DNA of 63,052 nucleotides, counting the filler, from Salisapilia sapeloensis CBS 127946 (taxonomy: Eukaryota > Protista > Oomycota), in the NCBI GenBank assembly GCA_023334545.1. It is 8 parts of 8 records of this genome, joined end to end, with 100 filler letters (N's around TTAATTAATTAA, not from the genome) between each part and the next. Parts side by side here need not be neighbours in the genome. Positions count along the whole stretch, not along the records: positions 35,105 to 47,386 come from JAADVB010000414.1; positions 47,487 to 50,387 come from JAADVB010000821.1; positions 50,488 to 52,004 come from JAADVB010001116.1; positions 52,105 to 57,198 come from JAADVB010000640.1; 4 more parts are not named here. One strand, given 5' to 3'. This document shows positions 42,726 through 54,859 of the stretch, piece after piece. Within the stretch, counting starts at the first letter, position 1. Every line of letters begins with the position of its first letter. A program made the translations under genes and the position numbers. The notes below the pieces were generated by a model that worked only from the letters and a program-made list of their open reading frames with translations, was not told the DNA's origin and did no database searches.

Positions 42726-45700
42726 TTACATTTGGTCTTGATCCGATACATCCGTTCTTGCGGACAGCACATCTTCATATTCTAGGAGCTCCAGAGCTTC
42801 TTTAGCTTTTTCTTGGACTCCATCGTGGTCTGGAAAGCAAGTCAATGCGGCTTCGAGTACAATTGACACCCCTTCCTGTCGAGCAAAGTCTCGAATGGAA
42901 GTGGTTCCAGAGATGATGTTTAGAATGGCCCAACTCCCATAATGCTGGATGTCGACGTCTTTGGGGCAGTTTAGCATGGCGGCAATGATAGCTCCTACCG
43001 CCCCGCAAGATGCAACCGCCTCGCACATATAGTCTAGTACATCTTGTCGTAAGCTCAACGTGTTCATAATAGAAAGTGTATCGTACCTGAGCCTGCGAGT
43101 GTTAATAGAGCCCAGCAACTTCGTTTCTGGATACCAGGTTGAAGTGGAAATGCTTGCATGCATTGGAGCACTGCATCAATGCCTCCTGCACCAAGTATTC
43201 GTTGGCGATTACTTTCTATGCATCATTATTAAATGAGGCTGTAGCAAAGTAATTACGGCAAGTTACCACAGTTGTGAGCTAGGTTTGTGAGCACAACACA
43301 GCTTGCCTCCTGGACCTTTACTGTTGTTGCGAAAGTTGTCATCATTGACAATATATTGTCTATAGCCCCCTCAGCAACTATGAGTATCCGGTTGCGTTCG
43401 TGGTTAAATACAACTGTGCTGATCAATCTGCAACCTTCAAGTTGTATTTCCATGTCTTTATCAAATTGTCGAAGCAATTCTAGTAGTAGCTTCACTCCTC
43501 GACATTCATACAAGTCGTCTTTCAGCGATTCTAGCAATCAGATTACAACATTATACTTCAGCAGTGGACAATCTACTTGAATGTTGTACCATCCTCTTTC
43601 ATCATCATCGTTAGTTTCTTTAAGGACTGCAGTAAGGATACTTTGGTCACTTCCATTGGTGTGCAAAGCTCCGTTTGTTTCATGAGCTTGCGAATACTTT
43701 TCAGTACCTTTAATACGTCCGCATTCCCAGCATTGTTTTGAACGAGCAACTCGACTTTATTTTGTTGCTTCGACATATCACTTTCGGAACGAACTTTTCC
43801 ATTGTGCTCGTACTTCTTATCCGTGCATATTGAGCAATATCCAGACGGCTGAACGAGATATGGTGGTGCATCACAATTCGCTGTCAAACAGCGTCTTTGC
43901 TTCCGAGCTAAGTCTATACCAATAATCAGGTTTACTTATCAAGCACATATAGACTTTGAATTCACCTTTGGCTTCACACTCTTTCATTATTTCATTAAGC
44001 TTCGTAGTCGTGCCATCCAATTTCGTCTGGAGTTTCTGTATTGTAGTCTCTGATATCTTTTCCTTTTCCACAAGCGCATCAATTGCTTGGGTCTTTTGAA
44101 TCACTTGTGCATCACTATCTTCTTTTCGGTAGATCAAGTTGTCTATGTAATTCTTTGTATAATATCTCTCTTCCTCATTTCTCATTATAGCAAGTTCATT
44201 GTGAATAAGTTTAGTCTCGTATTCGATCACTTTATGCTTGAATTCATGAAGCTTTCCAGTCAACTTTTCGACTTCTTTTTCCTTAAGACTTAGTACATGA
44301 GATATCGATTCATTTGCATCTTTCCTTCCAATCGGGCTCTTCTGTAATGCTATCGTATACGCTGATCTTTCATCCTCTAACGCCAATAATTGTTTCTGCA
44401 TCGACTCTAAACGCCTGGCTGTCTTGCGATGAGCACGTTGCTCTTGTTGCCATCGATATATTGTTTGCTCCAGTCTTGCGCCCACCTCTTCTGTGGCCAT
44501 TTTTTCACGTCGAACCTGCTCACACTTATCTTTGTTTGCATCTTCCAGTCTCTTGTTATCGTTTCCCAAAGCCTGTTTCGCTTCCATAGACTTTGAGATG
44601 TCTGTTTTCAAAGTTTCTATCAGCTCCTTTCTAGATTCATTTATACTTATCATTTTGTCCATCTCTTTATTGCGGGCGTCAGCTTCCTCTTCCAACTGTC
44701 GTATAACCTCTTCCTGTAAGCGAAAGGCTACTAACATTCGAATTCGTTCTGCTTCATAGTCCATCAGCGCATTCTCGTGACTTTCTAATCGCTGTCTCAT
44801 CCATCCGTTCATACTTGTACTTTGACGAAGCTCTTCCTGTAGCCATTCAAATTGCTTCACTAGTACAGAGAAATTTTCTTGCTCCTCCACGAGCTCTCGT
44901 TCGACTGCACTTAGTCTCTTTAGATCAACTTCATATCTGCTACGCACCTTGTCAGTACCTATAGCAACCTCGGATGACTGCAGCTCTTGAAAATAAGTAT
45001 CCGATTCCAAAAAATGCTCAAAGTGAACAGTCGATAAATGCATATGCGATTGAGAAGAGCGCAATTTGTTCACCAGGTCGGAGATATTTGCACGGACAAC
45101 TTCTAAAGCGACAGCATCATTACTGGGATCTGTCTGTCCTATGTTGAACGCTTGTTCAACTGCCCGTTGTAGTATTGGGTTGATTCGACCGACGGATGTA
45201 TATCTGTTTGAAAATTCACGATATGGCTTCTCATTTGTGCACATTTCGAGCACAAGAACTCCAAAAGCATAGATATCGCGAAGATATATGGTATCTTCAG
45301 AAGATGATGCCGGTGATGCTGGGAGTGGTTCATAATAGCTTTCCCGATGGAGCTTGCAAGCTGATAGATCAGTCAAAGGATCTTTTAGTTCAGCCCATTC
45401 TCGCACAAGATCGAGATTATAACGCCGTAGCTTTACGTCTCGACCTAGCATTACTCGTTTGCTCGAGATGGGGCTCCCGAAAGCTTCATTTTGTAAGTGC
45501 AGAGAATGGAGTATATCCCAGATCTTAATGGATATATATATAATTTGTGCAGGCGATAGCTTCGTTCTCTGAATATGAAGTGCATCAAAGAGAGATAGAG
45601 GCATTCGTTCGAGTAGAATGAACTTAGATGACCGATTCTCATTTGTGCAGTCGAAAGCTATGCCATACACCTGAACAAAGGCCTGAAGCATTCATATCCC

Positions 45701-45955
45701 GTCAGGATAGTCTCAAATATGGGTTTCCAATAGTTACCTTACAGGATGGCGATTTACTGATGCTATTTTAGATAAACTGTCCAAGGCAGCCTTCCACCAT
45801 ACTGCTTTAGCACTGCCCTTAAAGCTTAAAAGCATCGCTTCCGACCCTCTCCATCGTGCTGTTCGGAGAACATGAAACGGTGATGTCGATAAAACCTCAG
45901 ACGCGTCAAGTTCCAAGTCCGAGATTGGAATAGAAGCTAGACAAGGAGGCTCCAT
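42726..45955 (-). CDS. Multi-exon pseudokinase + coiled coil + A20-like Zn finger + ARM-repeat protein
   Basis: TKL-like N-lobe (TARWRGSEAMLL, RHP|AFVQVYG) lacking the VAIK Lys, HRD and DFG; about 300-aa coiled coil; spliced RCLTANC...GYCSIC; ARM-like repeats (DMEIQLEGCRLI, DVDIQHYGSWAI, GVQEKAKEAL). First and coiled-coil/finger junctions checked in frame; later junctions less certain. Confidence 0.7.
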
Positions 45956-46200
45956 CCACTTGTAGTACTATTGAGCTTCCAATATTAATGTGAAAGAAAT
46001 ATGTATTGTGCTATTTTTAAATACTACATCATATCAAACTGAAGCTTACACATGTCTGTCTACAAAAAACATGCTCCCCACCTCTACTTTCTACTTCCAA
46101 GACACCATGATTTCAATTGAGCAAACCTAAGCAACTCCTATCTTCATCATTCTTCAAGCCAACTTCACTATAAATCAACACTCTTTTTTTAGCCAATCAA

Positions 46201-47044
46201 ATGACACATGAAGTGATCTCGTTGGTAGAAATTCCTGCGGACAACAACACCAAGTTCGAATTGGCACCCCCTACATCCACCATGAGCGATCCACACACGA
46301 CGTCTACGAAGGAGATCGTGGCGGAACAGAAGAAGGAGGCACAAGAAGCGCATGCTGCTTCCTCTGGACTATCGAAAGCCAACATTGAAGAAACGACTGA
46401 AAAGGCAAAGGAATCTGTCATGAATTCGATGGATCAGGCTCAAGCGACGATCAATCAGAACTGGCAGCAAGTGAAAAACTGGACGAATGATGCGAAAAAG
46501 TCGACGAAAGAGGCCACGAACAGTGCCAGAGAAGCCATGCTCACGGCCGTCTCTCCGATCACGGACGTTTACAAACGAGCTCACTCGGAGGAAGGCACGG
46601 CATTGCGTGATTTCTTTGCCACTGCGAGGGAAAACGTGAATGTCTACACGTACGAAGCGCAGGTCCAATACGAGGATGCACGAAAGACAGTTGCGGAGAA
46701 CATGACGCCAGTCCAGTCTGCTCTGAGCGTTGCTCAGACCCGTACGCATAGCTCCTTTATCTAATTATAAATCATTTCAACTCATCTTGTGATTGTAGAG
46801 GCACTCAAGGCGAATGAGTTCCGACAGGAGCACCCTGGTATGGCCGTGGCAGGTCTTGCTGCCATCGTCGGTGCGCCAAGCCTCATTCTAGGTACGTCTA
46901 CGTCATCTTTTATTCAGAACCTCCACCTGACTTCTACATGTAGGCGGGAAAATGTCGGCTGCGCGTAACACGGTGCTTGTCGTGGGCCTGGCGACTGCTG
47001 TCGCGTACACGAACGACTTGTTGGCAGAGAAGCGAAAGAAGTAG
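46201..47044 (+). CDS. 3-exon helical protein with a C-terminal hydrophobic hairpin (possibly MIC26/27- or LEA-like)
   Basis: Amphipathic helical first exon. Spliced tail ALKANEFRQEHPGMAVAGLAAIVGAPSLIL|GGKMSAARNTVLVVGLATAVAYTNDLLAEKRKK*. Confidence 0.6.
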
Positions 47045-47151
47045 TTTTGTTAAACGGACCGCAAGTAGAGTGGAAGGTCGACTGAAACTACGAAAGTATT
47101 CGATATGTCCATCTTGGTTTATTCTGTTTGGACCCTTAGTAGAGATACAAG

Positions 47152-47365
47152 CTACTTGTCCGTATGGGCAATGCATTTGTTGACGACAGTCAGGAGATGG
47201 GCATTCTCGAGCGCAGCAGCGACACGTTCCTTGTCGTTTAGTTGCTTGTTGACGGCAGCTTCCGACGCATGCGTGCCGGGTGTGATGAAGATGTCGACCT
47301 TGAATCGAGTCGGCAGCGATCGGAGCAGTTTCACGCGAAGGCACAGACCGATCAACGTTGCCATG
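47152..47365 (-). CDS. CIAO2B: Last exon of the cytosolic Fe-S assembly factor MIP18/CIA2B (FAM96B); the 5' part is beyond the contig end
   Basis: [55 protein letters not shown]; preceded by a GCTAAC branch point and CAG acceptor. Confidence 0.92.
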
Positions 47366-47386
47366 CTGTACTCAGACGTTAGCAAA
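47246..47386 (-). repeat. Right arm of the 141-bp inverted repeat
   Basis: Reverse complement of 35105-35245. Confidence 0.95.
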
Positions 47387-47486
47387 NNNNNNNNNNNNNN
47401 NNNNNNNNNNNNNNNNNNNNNNNNNNNNNNTTAATTAATTAANNNNNNNNNNNNNNNNNNNNNNNNNNNNNNNNNNNNNNNNNNNN

Positions 47487-47636
47487 CTGTACTAGTACGC
47501 TCGCATAGTCTTTGATGGTCTCCTGCTGCCAATATGCACCAAACCCGATGGCCACCAGAGCCACAAGTACACAGAGGTACTTCATACCATGCGCATCCTT
47601 CTTCTTACCACTCTTTTTATCCGCTTGAACGGCCAT
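47487..47636 (-). CDS. 5' fragment of a membrane-anchored protein cut by the contig end
   Basis: MAVQADKKSGKKKDAHGMKYLCVLVALVAIGFGAYWQQ: basic N-terminus and one TM helix. Confidence 0.55.
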
Positions 47637-48335
47637 TTTCGTAGGAAGCGATCAAGAAATGCGTCACAGCGTCGCATCGTTTTTCTTGTCACTGCGATCG
47701 GATCGCGTTCGCCGCATACAGCTGTGTCGACTCCAGGAGTATCATTTGATGAATTTTATCTTGGACGTTTGCTGTACATCAGACCTTAACACAACTCGTT
47801 ATAAATTTTATTAGAGTCTTGTCCAAGTACTTTCAACCTCTATGTAGCTATAACATTTGTACTGTGAGATATATATCGTTCTATTCTTTTGATACTGTTG
47901 GAGAATTGTGCATACCATTTGTGCACTTCGTCACTTGATTGCAGTGCACTGAATTGTCAAGTTCATGAAGGATATCCTCGTTAATCCGACTGTGTATGTC
48001 AGATGTCTTACCAGCGTCTATTTAAATCGTGAGACTCTACACTTGTTATCCTTGCCTTTGGCGTTCGACTTGAAAGATTCAAGAGGAAATTCTACGTCGA
48101 GGCATGCCTGAAGATAACTGAATACACGGAATACCACTGGATGCACTGGTCTGACTGTTCCTTTATTATCTTATTCACCTGTGTCTGGAGTCACACGTGT
48201 CCAGACTCCTTTCCTAACTCAGCGTTGGCTTCATGATCGTCCAAAAATGCACTTTTTTGATCATCCAACCAACTTTCGACTTCGTTTCGTTCAAATGGTC
48301 TCTCTGTGATCGTACAGTTGATCCAGATTATTGGA

Positions 48336-48719
48336 TCAGTTGTTCAGAGCTTCGCATTCATCGATCCAGTCGGTGTAGACGTCGATCGGTTCACTTAAAT
48401 CTACATTTACATACAGATGATAAGCCTGACGAGGGTACTACGAAGTATCGAACGCCAAAGCATACAGTGAATAGATGTCTGGAAGGATTCTGTACAAACT
48501 CGGCAGGACAAGTGTCCAATGTTCCGGTCACGATCCCTGTTTTCCATTCGAATTAAAATGACAAAATTAGCACTATGCTCAAGCTTTTTCATGACACAGA
48601 ACGTACATTTTGCACTCGACCGCATCGTCGTGGGAGCAAAATGGACACTTGAAGACGGTTGCAACCGTCTCCTTCTTCTTCGTTTGCACCTTCTTGGTCG
48701 CTTTCTTCCGGCGCCCCAT
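48336..48719 (-). CDS. ELF1: Transcription elongation factor Elf1/ELOF1 (3 exons; introns 48537-48606 and 48401-48465)
   Basis: Manually spliced MGRRKKATKKVQTKKKETVATVFKCPFCSHDDAVECKMDRDRNIGHLSCRVCTESFQTSIHYLSEPIDVYTDWIDECEALNN*. Confidence 0.95.
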
Positions 48720-49883
48720 CCCTCGACCTTACTTTTGGCTTGTGGTCGCTGTTGGTGTCCAATTGCCCACAAAATGCCACCATCCGCTAGCATTTTATCT
48801 TGAACCGTTGTATTTCCAGGGAGGTTCGGTACAAGAGCGGTGGCCTACTTTGTACCTGGAAGCTTATCGAGAAGCTAGGAAGCTTTTCACATAGAGATGT
48901 TGTTGTAAAGTTTACATGTATGCACTCTCTTCCACGAGAATGTATCATTTAACGATGGCATCTCGATATTTCGACTACTACTTGCGCATAGATATTCGAA
49001 TTTGTAGATAAATATACTGAGAGATTTTCTATGGGCGATCATCATAGTGCGCGGGAAAATTGAAATATGTGGTAAGAGTAAGCTGGAGATACTATTAGCG
49101 AGTTTAAGGTTTGGAGTCCGCGCAAAAGGACCAGTAGTTTGCATCTGCGAATATCGTCGCTAGTTTCTGTGACGCTAACTTGATCTAAAAAACTTTCAAT
49201 CATTCGCAACGACGACAAAAGCTAGATTCACCAGACTGCATAATTATCAAGCTTTGAAAGTTAAATCCTGCCTGCTTCGACACTGATAAACAATCTTTTT
49301 ACGCTGACGTTTTAATGCTGTTGATTAATAAATTTAATTTTTGTGAAATCGACACGGAGCACAACCCCACTTACACTATGTGCCAAAGCTGGCCAACCCC
49401 CAAGCGCCCTTGCTGGCGATCGAACGCGTGCGTTTTCTGATCTTTCTGAATACCAGCGTCTGATCATTCAAAATTAGCCTCTTCCATATGTAGCTGTTCG
49501 CATTAACGGGCGCGACAGTAACTGCACCTAGGACCGAAAAACCAACACTGAAGAGGTCAACTTCCGCGATGGTTTTAGAAACTTAGACATCTACTAACAG
49601 GAATGATAAAGAGCGTTAAGATGGATATAATAAATTTTATGGTAACTCTGTATCTCAATGAAAAGTATAACAATGCTTGAAAGATACTCATCCATTTTGA
49701 AAGCGATGTAATATGTGATTCGCTTAAAAGTATTTTTTAGTAGAAGCTGTGGGAGCGAGAATGAAACCAATACTTGCGAATGGACGAGCTCATGTTTTTA
49801 TCACCAACAGACGCATGAATACGAGAAGTGGCCATCGAAGGAGCTACGAAGACCACTCGCCGAGTTTCCACCACCAGCAGAAG

Positions 49884-50387
49884 ATGTCACCAACAAACAG
49901 CGAAAAGGACATATCTACCCCACCAGTAGACAGCCCCAGAAACTTCGGCGTCAGATTCGTCTCCATATACATACTCGTCGCCGCAGTACTCACAGGAGGA
50001 TACCTTCAACGAGATATCATGTCTGCATCTCTAGACCATCTCAATCCTCTAGCGTATATCTCAACCACCACAAGCAGTGATATCAAATACAACACACTGT
50101 CAGACAAATATGATACAGATATGGTCAATATCCAAGTTCGACGCTTGGTCAGTGACCTCGAGTGTGAGGCTGACTTCACGCCGGAAGTGTTGTCTAAAGA
50201 CGGTTTCATCCATGTGAAGGATGCCATGGCGTCTCCTCCGAAAGATGACTCGAGCGTGTTCTTCATGCTAAACGGACGGAACGAAGGCGTCTACGTGTCT
50301 TGGAATGGAGACTTTGACTGCATCGGACTATCTAGCAAACTAGCTGCCAAGTGGCTCGGTGCGGACCAGGACGTGATGGCGAACGGC
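49884..50387 (+). CDS. 5' fragment of a type II membrane protein, probably an oomycete prolyl-4-hydroxylase family member
   Basis: TM helix then VFFMLNGRNEGVYVSWNGD...WLGADQDVMANG, which I recall from the N-terminal region of oomycete P4H-like proteins. The catalytic domain is not in the window. Confidence 0.5.
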
Positions 50388-53128
50388 NNNNNNNNNNNNN
50401 NNNNNNNNNNNNNNNNNNNNNNNNNNNNNNNTTAATTAATTAANNNNNNNNNNNNNNNNNNNNNNNNNNNNNNNNNNNNNNNNNNNNGTACTAGACGAAA
50501 GTACAACATCATCCCTTCTATTCCTTTGGGCTATGTACTTTGTCATATTACGCATATGGTACCATCACATATTAATATCTATTTGTATTGTCTGGAAAGT
50601 AGAAAAGGTGACTCGGTTCCGGCATCCTCACAAAAGTTCATGTACATTATTCAAAATGCCCGAAGAGCAGAGAAATAGTATCTATGGTCGGTTGGAAATG
50701 CTTCCAGCACATTAAAACGGAGCACGAGCGTATTTATCGAAGCAGCGGCACTAGACGGTATCGAGAATCAGTGCTGATATGTGCTTCCCGGGAAGCTAGA
50801 CTCCTCTTTGCATTCCTCGAAGAGCTACATGATTTATTGCGATGATGAAGAATACTTGGCGACTGGGCTAAGCACAGGGCTGAAAGTTCAGCGTGTTTGC
50901 TTATACCCTATAAGAGCGTTGCCACTTGCTTATTCCAAGTAAGCGCATGGCTTGCGACGATGAATATGTTTATTATACAGGAGGCAGCCTACCCTCTCAG
51001 CTGTGGATGCTTGCAGTAAGTTGACACAACCATCATTTGAGCTTCTACTCTTTCTAATATATGCTACTTTCCATTCGTTTGCAGCAGGTCCTACTCTCTC
51101 CAAGTCACCTTCGAGTGGTATGAATGCACCATGTATTACATTCAGCGGATTTGAGACATATATGGTATTAAGAATCTTCTTCTGGTATCGCTCCTTGCCT
51201 CATTTTGGCACTAATGCTATCGTCTCCTCCTTCACTCCTATTCGAATGCATTCCCTTGCTTCCGTGTATGTCAGAGAAAAGCGATAACTTTGCTTGAGGC
51301 GCAATAAAACGTCATGCCGTTCGCAACACTCTTGGTGCATAGCCAGCTCGACGACATGGGAAATAGAATACATTAAATTACATCATTCTAGCCAAAGCTC
51401 ATTGCAAAGACTTATTTCACCTTCTCTTAGTAAGTAGAGGCATCCATAGGTGTAGAATGCAGCCTCTTGCAGGAGTCTTCGCTCGATCTGTGCAGGGTTT
51501 CAAGCCAGCATTTAGCATCTTCCATCGCTAGCATCGTACAGCCTCTCATGTATCTTCGTGTCCAGGATTTGCATTGTCACTCTAGACCTCGCTTCTTCTT
51601 CCGACGTACCAAATAATTATGTCTTTAAACCCCGACAGCTCGTCGCTGTGACGTGGACAGCATAAGCAACCTACTCGTATATAGCGTCACCTACTATCAA
51701 ACAGTCTAACTGCTTGTATAAGCTGTCACCATAGGCTCAGCATAATGTCCAGAAGAGCCGACATGCTCGATCAGTTGAGCACACCTCTTTATGAGGTATC
51801 TTACCATCTGTCTATAGATCTTTTCCCAGAAGAGTACTGTATGGAACGTATACTACCAACTCATAGGTCACCCTTCTACGTCGGATTCGAAGTCTAAATG
51901 GAAAGCAGGGCATAAAGACATGAACTCACCGCCTGTGCTTCTATAACTCCAAATTTCGTAGGTCAGAACTGGAAATGACCGTTTCTATTGTGATTTGGTT
52001 GGAANNNNNNNNNNNNNNNNNNNNNNNNNNNNNNNNNNNNNNNNNNNNTTAATTAATTAANNNNNNNNNNNNNNNNNNNNNNNNNNNNNNNNNNNNNNNN
52101 NNNNGGGATAAAAAGGAGAGTAGGAGCGACATGTTTGGAATGGGACTTAATCGAGCTAATAGTTCCATTGATTAACATTAGGCTTTGTTCAGTATGTGAT
52201 CTCGATGAAGCTATGGTTTGGGTTTCCTTAGAGTATTGTTGCTCTCAGTGTATCGAGGTGCGTCTTCTGCTATGGCAAACTGAATCGGCTACGCTCGTTG
52301 AAGATGGATTTGATCGATGTCGATTATCCGGAAAAATATTCACGCGCTTAAATCTTCAAGTTCAAAGAAAATTGATCAAGTGCGAACACGACTGAAGAGT
52401 TCTGTCTACTATCCATGTATGTACATGGCAGTGCACCTTCGGAGTTGTTGAGTCTTTTGCATGACGCTTCCTTCAAATTGACATACATGTCGCTCTGTGA
52501 CTTCTGCCTATAAAATAAAATGATAAAGCTGTTCTTGGAAATCTCTGACTGAAGATTGGGGCGCAACATTAGTATACTCACTAGCCAAAAGCTGCTGAGA
52601 TTCTCGTGTTCACCTAGGTGGAAGGTGGACACGCATTGAAGATGCAGCTTCAATTAAGAAAGTGAATGGATCGTAGACGGATGACAATTCGGTTGCAACG
52701 CATTGATTCCAGTGACTGCGAACTATAGAGGCTATAAATGATTGCTATTCACTTTCATATTGCTGATGAACTCAAAGTCAGCGCAGGCTCAAACAGCAAG
52801 CGTCGTTAGGACAACTTTACAAGCTACAACTATTGTATGCCGACAACTCAATATCGGTGTTTGATCACATTATTCTTGATAGTTAATAAAAGTCGCAGTG
52901 CAAGCAAGTGGACAGCTTTGCAATGGTAATATGCACTTCCCTTCCTCGCGCTAGCTCTGCTCTGGTGCGTTGAGGTCGACAAGGCCAAGTCGAGCGGGCA
53001 TACTTTATTTAAGTCTATTCGTGATTCAAATACGACCAAAGCGCACTGCTTTTGGTTATCTCCTCAAACAGAAGGCAAGAAGTTCGCCACGAGAAAGCAG
53101 TACCAGTAACTCAAGTAATATTGCAAAG

Positions 53129-54820
53129 ATGCTGGCTAGTCGATGCCGACGCACCCTCGCTCGTGCCCTTCAAAGACCTCTGTCGCAATCCCTCTCAACG
53201 TCTACAACGGCAGGATCATCGGGTGCACATGAGCATTTCACGCAAAGCCAGCTACGCCCACTTGTGCTTGGGGCAACTGCCGGCGTACTCACCGGTAGTG
53301 CCATGTTACTAGCCTCCTGTGAGTCGGCAGATGACGACAGTACACAGACAATCCTTAACTGGTCTGCAACACACGCATGCAGACCGCAACGCATCCACGA
53401 GCCCCAGACGCTAGATGAACTCCGAGCTATTCTGCAGTCATACCACGAATCTGGGCGAAAATTACGTTGCATGGGCAATGGCATCTCTCCAAATGGTCTC
53501 GGGTTTTCAACTCCGATCGATAAGACGCGTCGGAATGAAGATCTCGTGACGCTGTCTGCATTCGATCGCATCTTAGACATTGATCAAGACAGAAAGCAGG
53601 TGACTGTCGAAAGCGGCGTCAACTGTGCTGACCTTTTGCAGGAACTCCGGCAGCATAATCTCACTCTGTGTAACTTGGCATCCATCCGAGAGCAGCAGAT
53701 TGGTGGTCTCATTCAGGCCGGGTGCCATGGCACTGGTGCCCGGATCGCTCCTCTAGACGACTACGTTGTCGAGATGCAAGTCGAAACGCCAAATAGAGGA
53801 ACTTTAACACTGAGTAAAGACTCGAATGCAGAGCTATTCGAGTTGGCGAAGTGTGGTCTGGGCGCTCTTGGTGTCGTCACAAAGCTCACCATCCAGTGTG
53901 AAGACGTCCATCGACTGGCAGAGTACACCTCCGTGTGCACCATCGACGAAGTGCGTGAGAACCACGCCAAGTGGCTCGAAGAGAACCAGCACCTGCGATA
54001 CATGTGGCTTCCGTACACGGATGCTGTCGTCGTCGTCCGATGCAAGCGCTTGTCGGATGATGTCGATGTTTTGAATTTACACAAAGCATACCCACTTCCT
54101 ACCTACTCCACTGATGAACAACTTCAGCCTGTTCGAGAGCTTTATTTGGAAATGTACAAGGACAACATTGATCCGGACTACACCAAGTGGAGTTTTACAA
54201 AACTCCGAGAGAAGCTGCTAGAGGTGGCTCCTCTTGATCTTGAATACGTCAAGCGCGTCAATGGCGTAGAAAAGGAGTTTTGGAGTCGAAACGAAGGCTA
54301 TCGAGTAGGACTGTCAGACGATATCATTGGCTTTGACTGTGGGTTTCAGCAACTTGTTCAGGAAGTAGCATTCCCGTGCTCTGGCACACTGGACATTGAT
54401 TTCACAGAGCAGCTTTTAGATCGTATTAGCAAGCACGCCGTCCCAGCGCACTGTCCTATTGAGCAACGATGGACAGCTCGAAGCTCTTCCGCCATGAGCC
54501 CAGCGCACTCGAAGCATTTGGACCAGCTCTTCTCTTGGGTCGGTGTAATCCTTTATTTGCCAACAGACGAAGAGAGCGTTCGAATGGACATTGTCTCCCA
54601 ATTCAACAGCTTCTATGGACTGTACCAAGATCACATGGAGCCTTTTGGTGGCATGGAGCATTGGGCCAAGATCGAATGGCCGGAAGACGCAGCAGAGAAG
54701 GAAAAGATGCGAAGTAGACTACAAAAGAGATACCCGCTGGAGGCCTTTAGTCAAGCGCGAGAGCAAGTGGATCCGAAGCACATCCTGTCGAACCACATTG
54801 TCGATGAGCTTCTCGCCTAA
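53129..54820 (+). CDS. GLDH: L-galactono-1,4-lactone dehydrogenase, mitochondrial
   Basis: Presequence-like N-terminus MLASRCRRTLARAL; NWSATH, GNGISPNGLG (no covalent-FAD His), ASIREQQIGG, HGTG, IEQRWT, HWAKIE as in plant GLDH. Confidence 0.9.
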   Translation: MLASRCRRTLARALQRPLSQSLSTSTTAGSSGAHEHFTQSQLRPLVLGATAGVLTGSAMLLASCESADDDSTQTILNWSATHACRPQRIHEPQTLDELRAILQSYHESGRKLRCMGNGISPNGLGFSTPIDKTRRNEDLVTLSAFDRILDIDQDRKQVTVESGVNCADLLQELRQHNLTLCNLASIREQQIGGLIQAGCHGTGARIAPLDDYVVEMQVETPNRGTLTLSKDSNAELFELAKCGLGALGVVTKLTIQCEDVHRLAEYTSVCTIDEVRENHAKWLEENQHLRYMWLPYTDAVVVVRCKRLSDDVDVLNLHKAYPLPTYSTDEQLQPVRELYLEMYKDNIDPDYTKWSFTKLREKLLEVAPLDLEYVKRVNGVEKEFWSRNEGYRVGLSDDIIGFDCGFQQLVQEVAFPCSGTLDIDFTEQLLDRISKHAVPAHCPIEQRWTARSSSAMSPAHSKHLDQLFSWVGVILYLPTDEESVRMDIVSQFNSFYGLYQDHMEPFGGMEHWAKIEWPEDAAEKEKMRSRLQKRYPLEAFSQAREQVDPKHILSNHIVDELLA

Positions 54821-54859
54821 ATCTTAAATCCGAATCTACCATCCGAAAGATTAAAAGGT

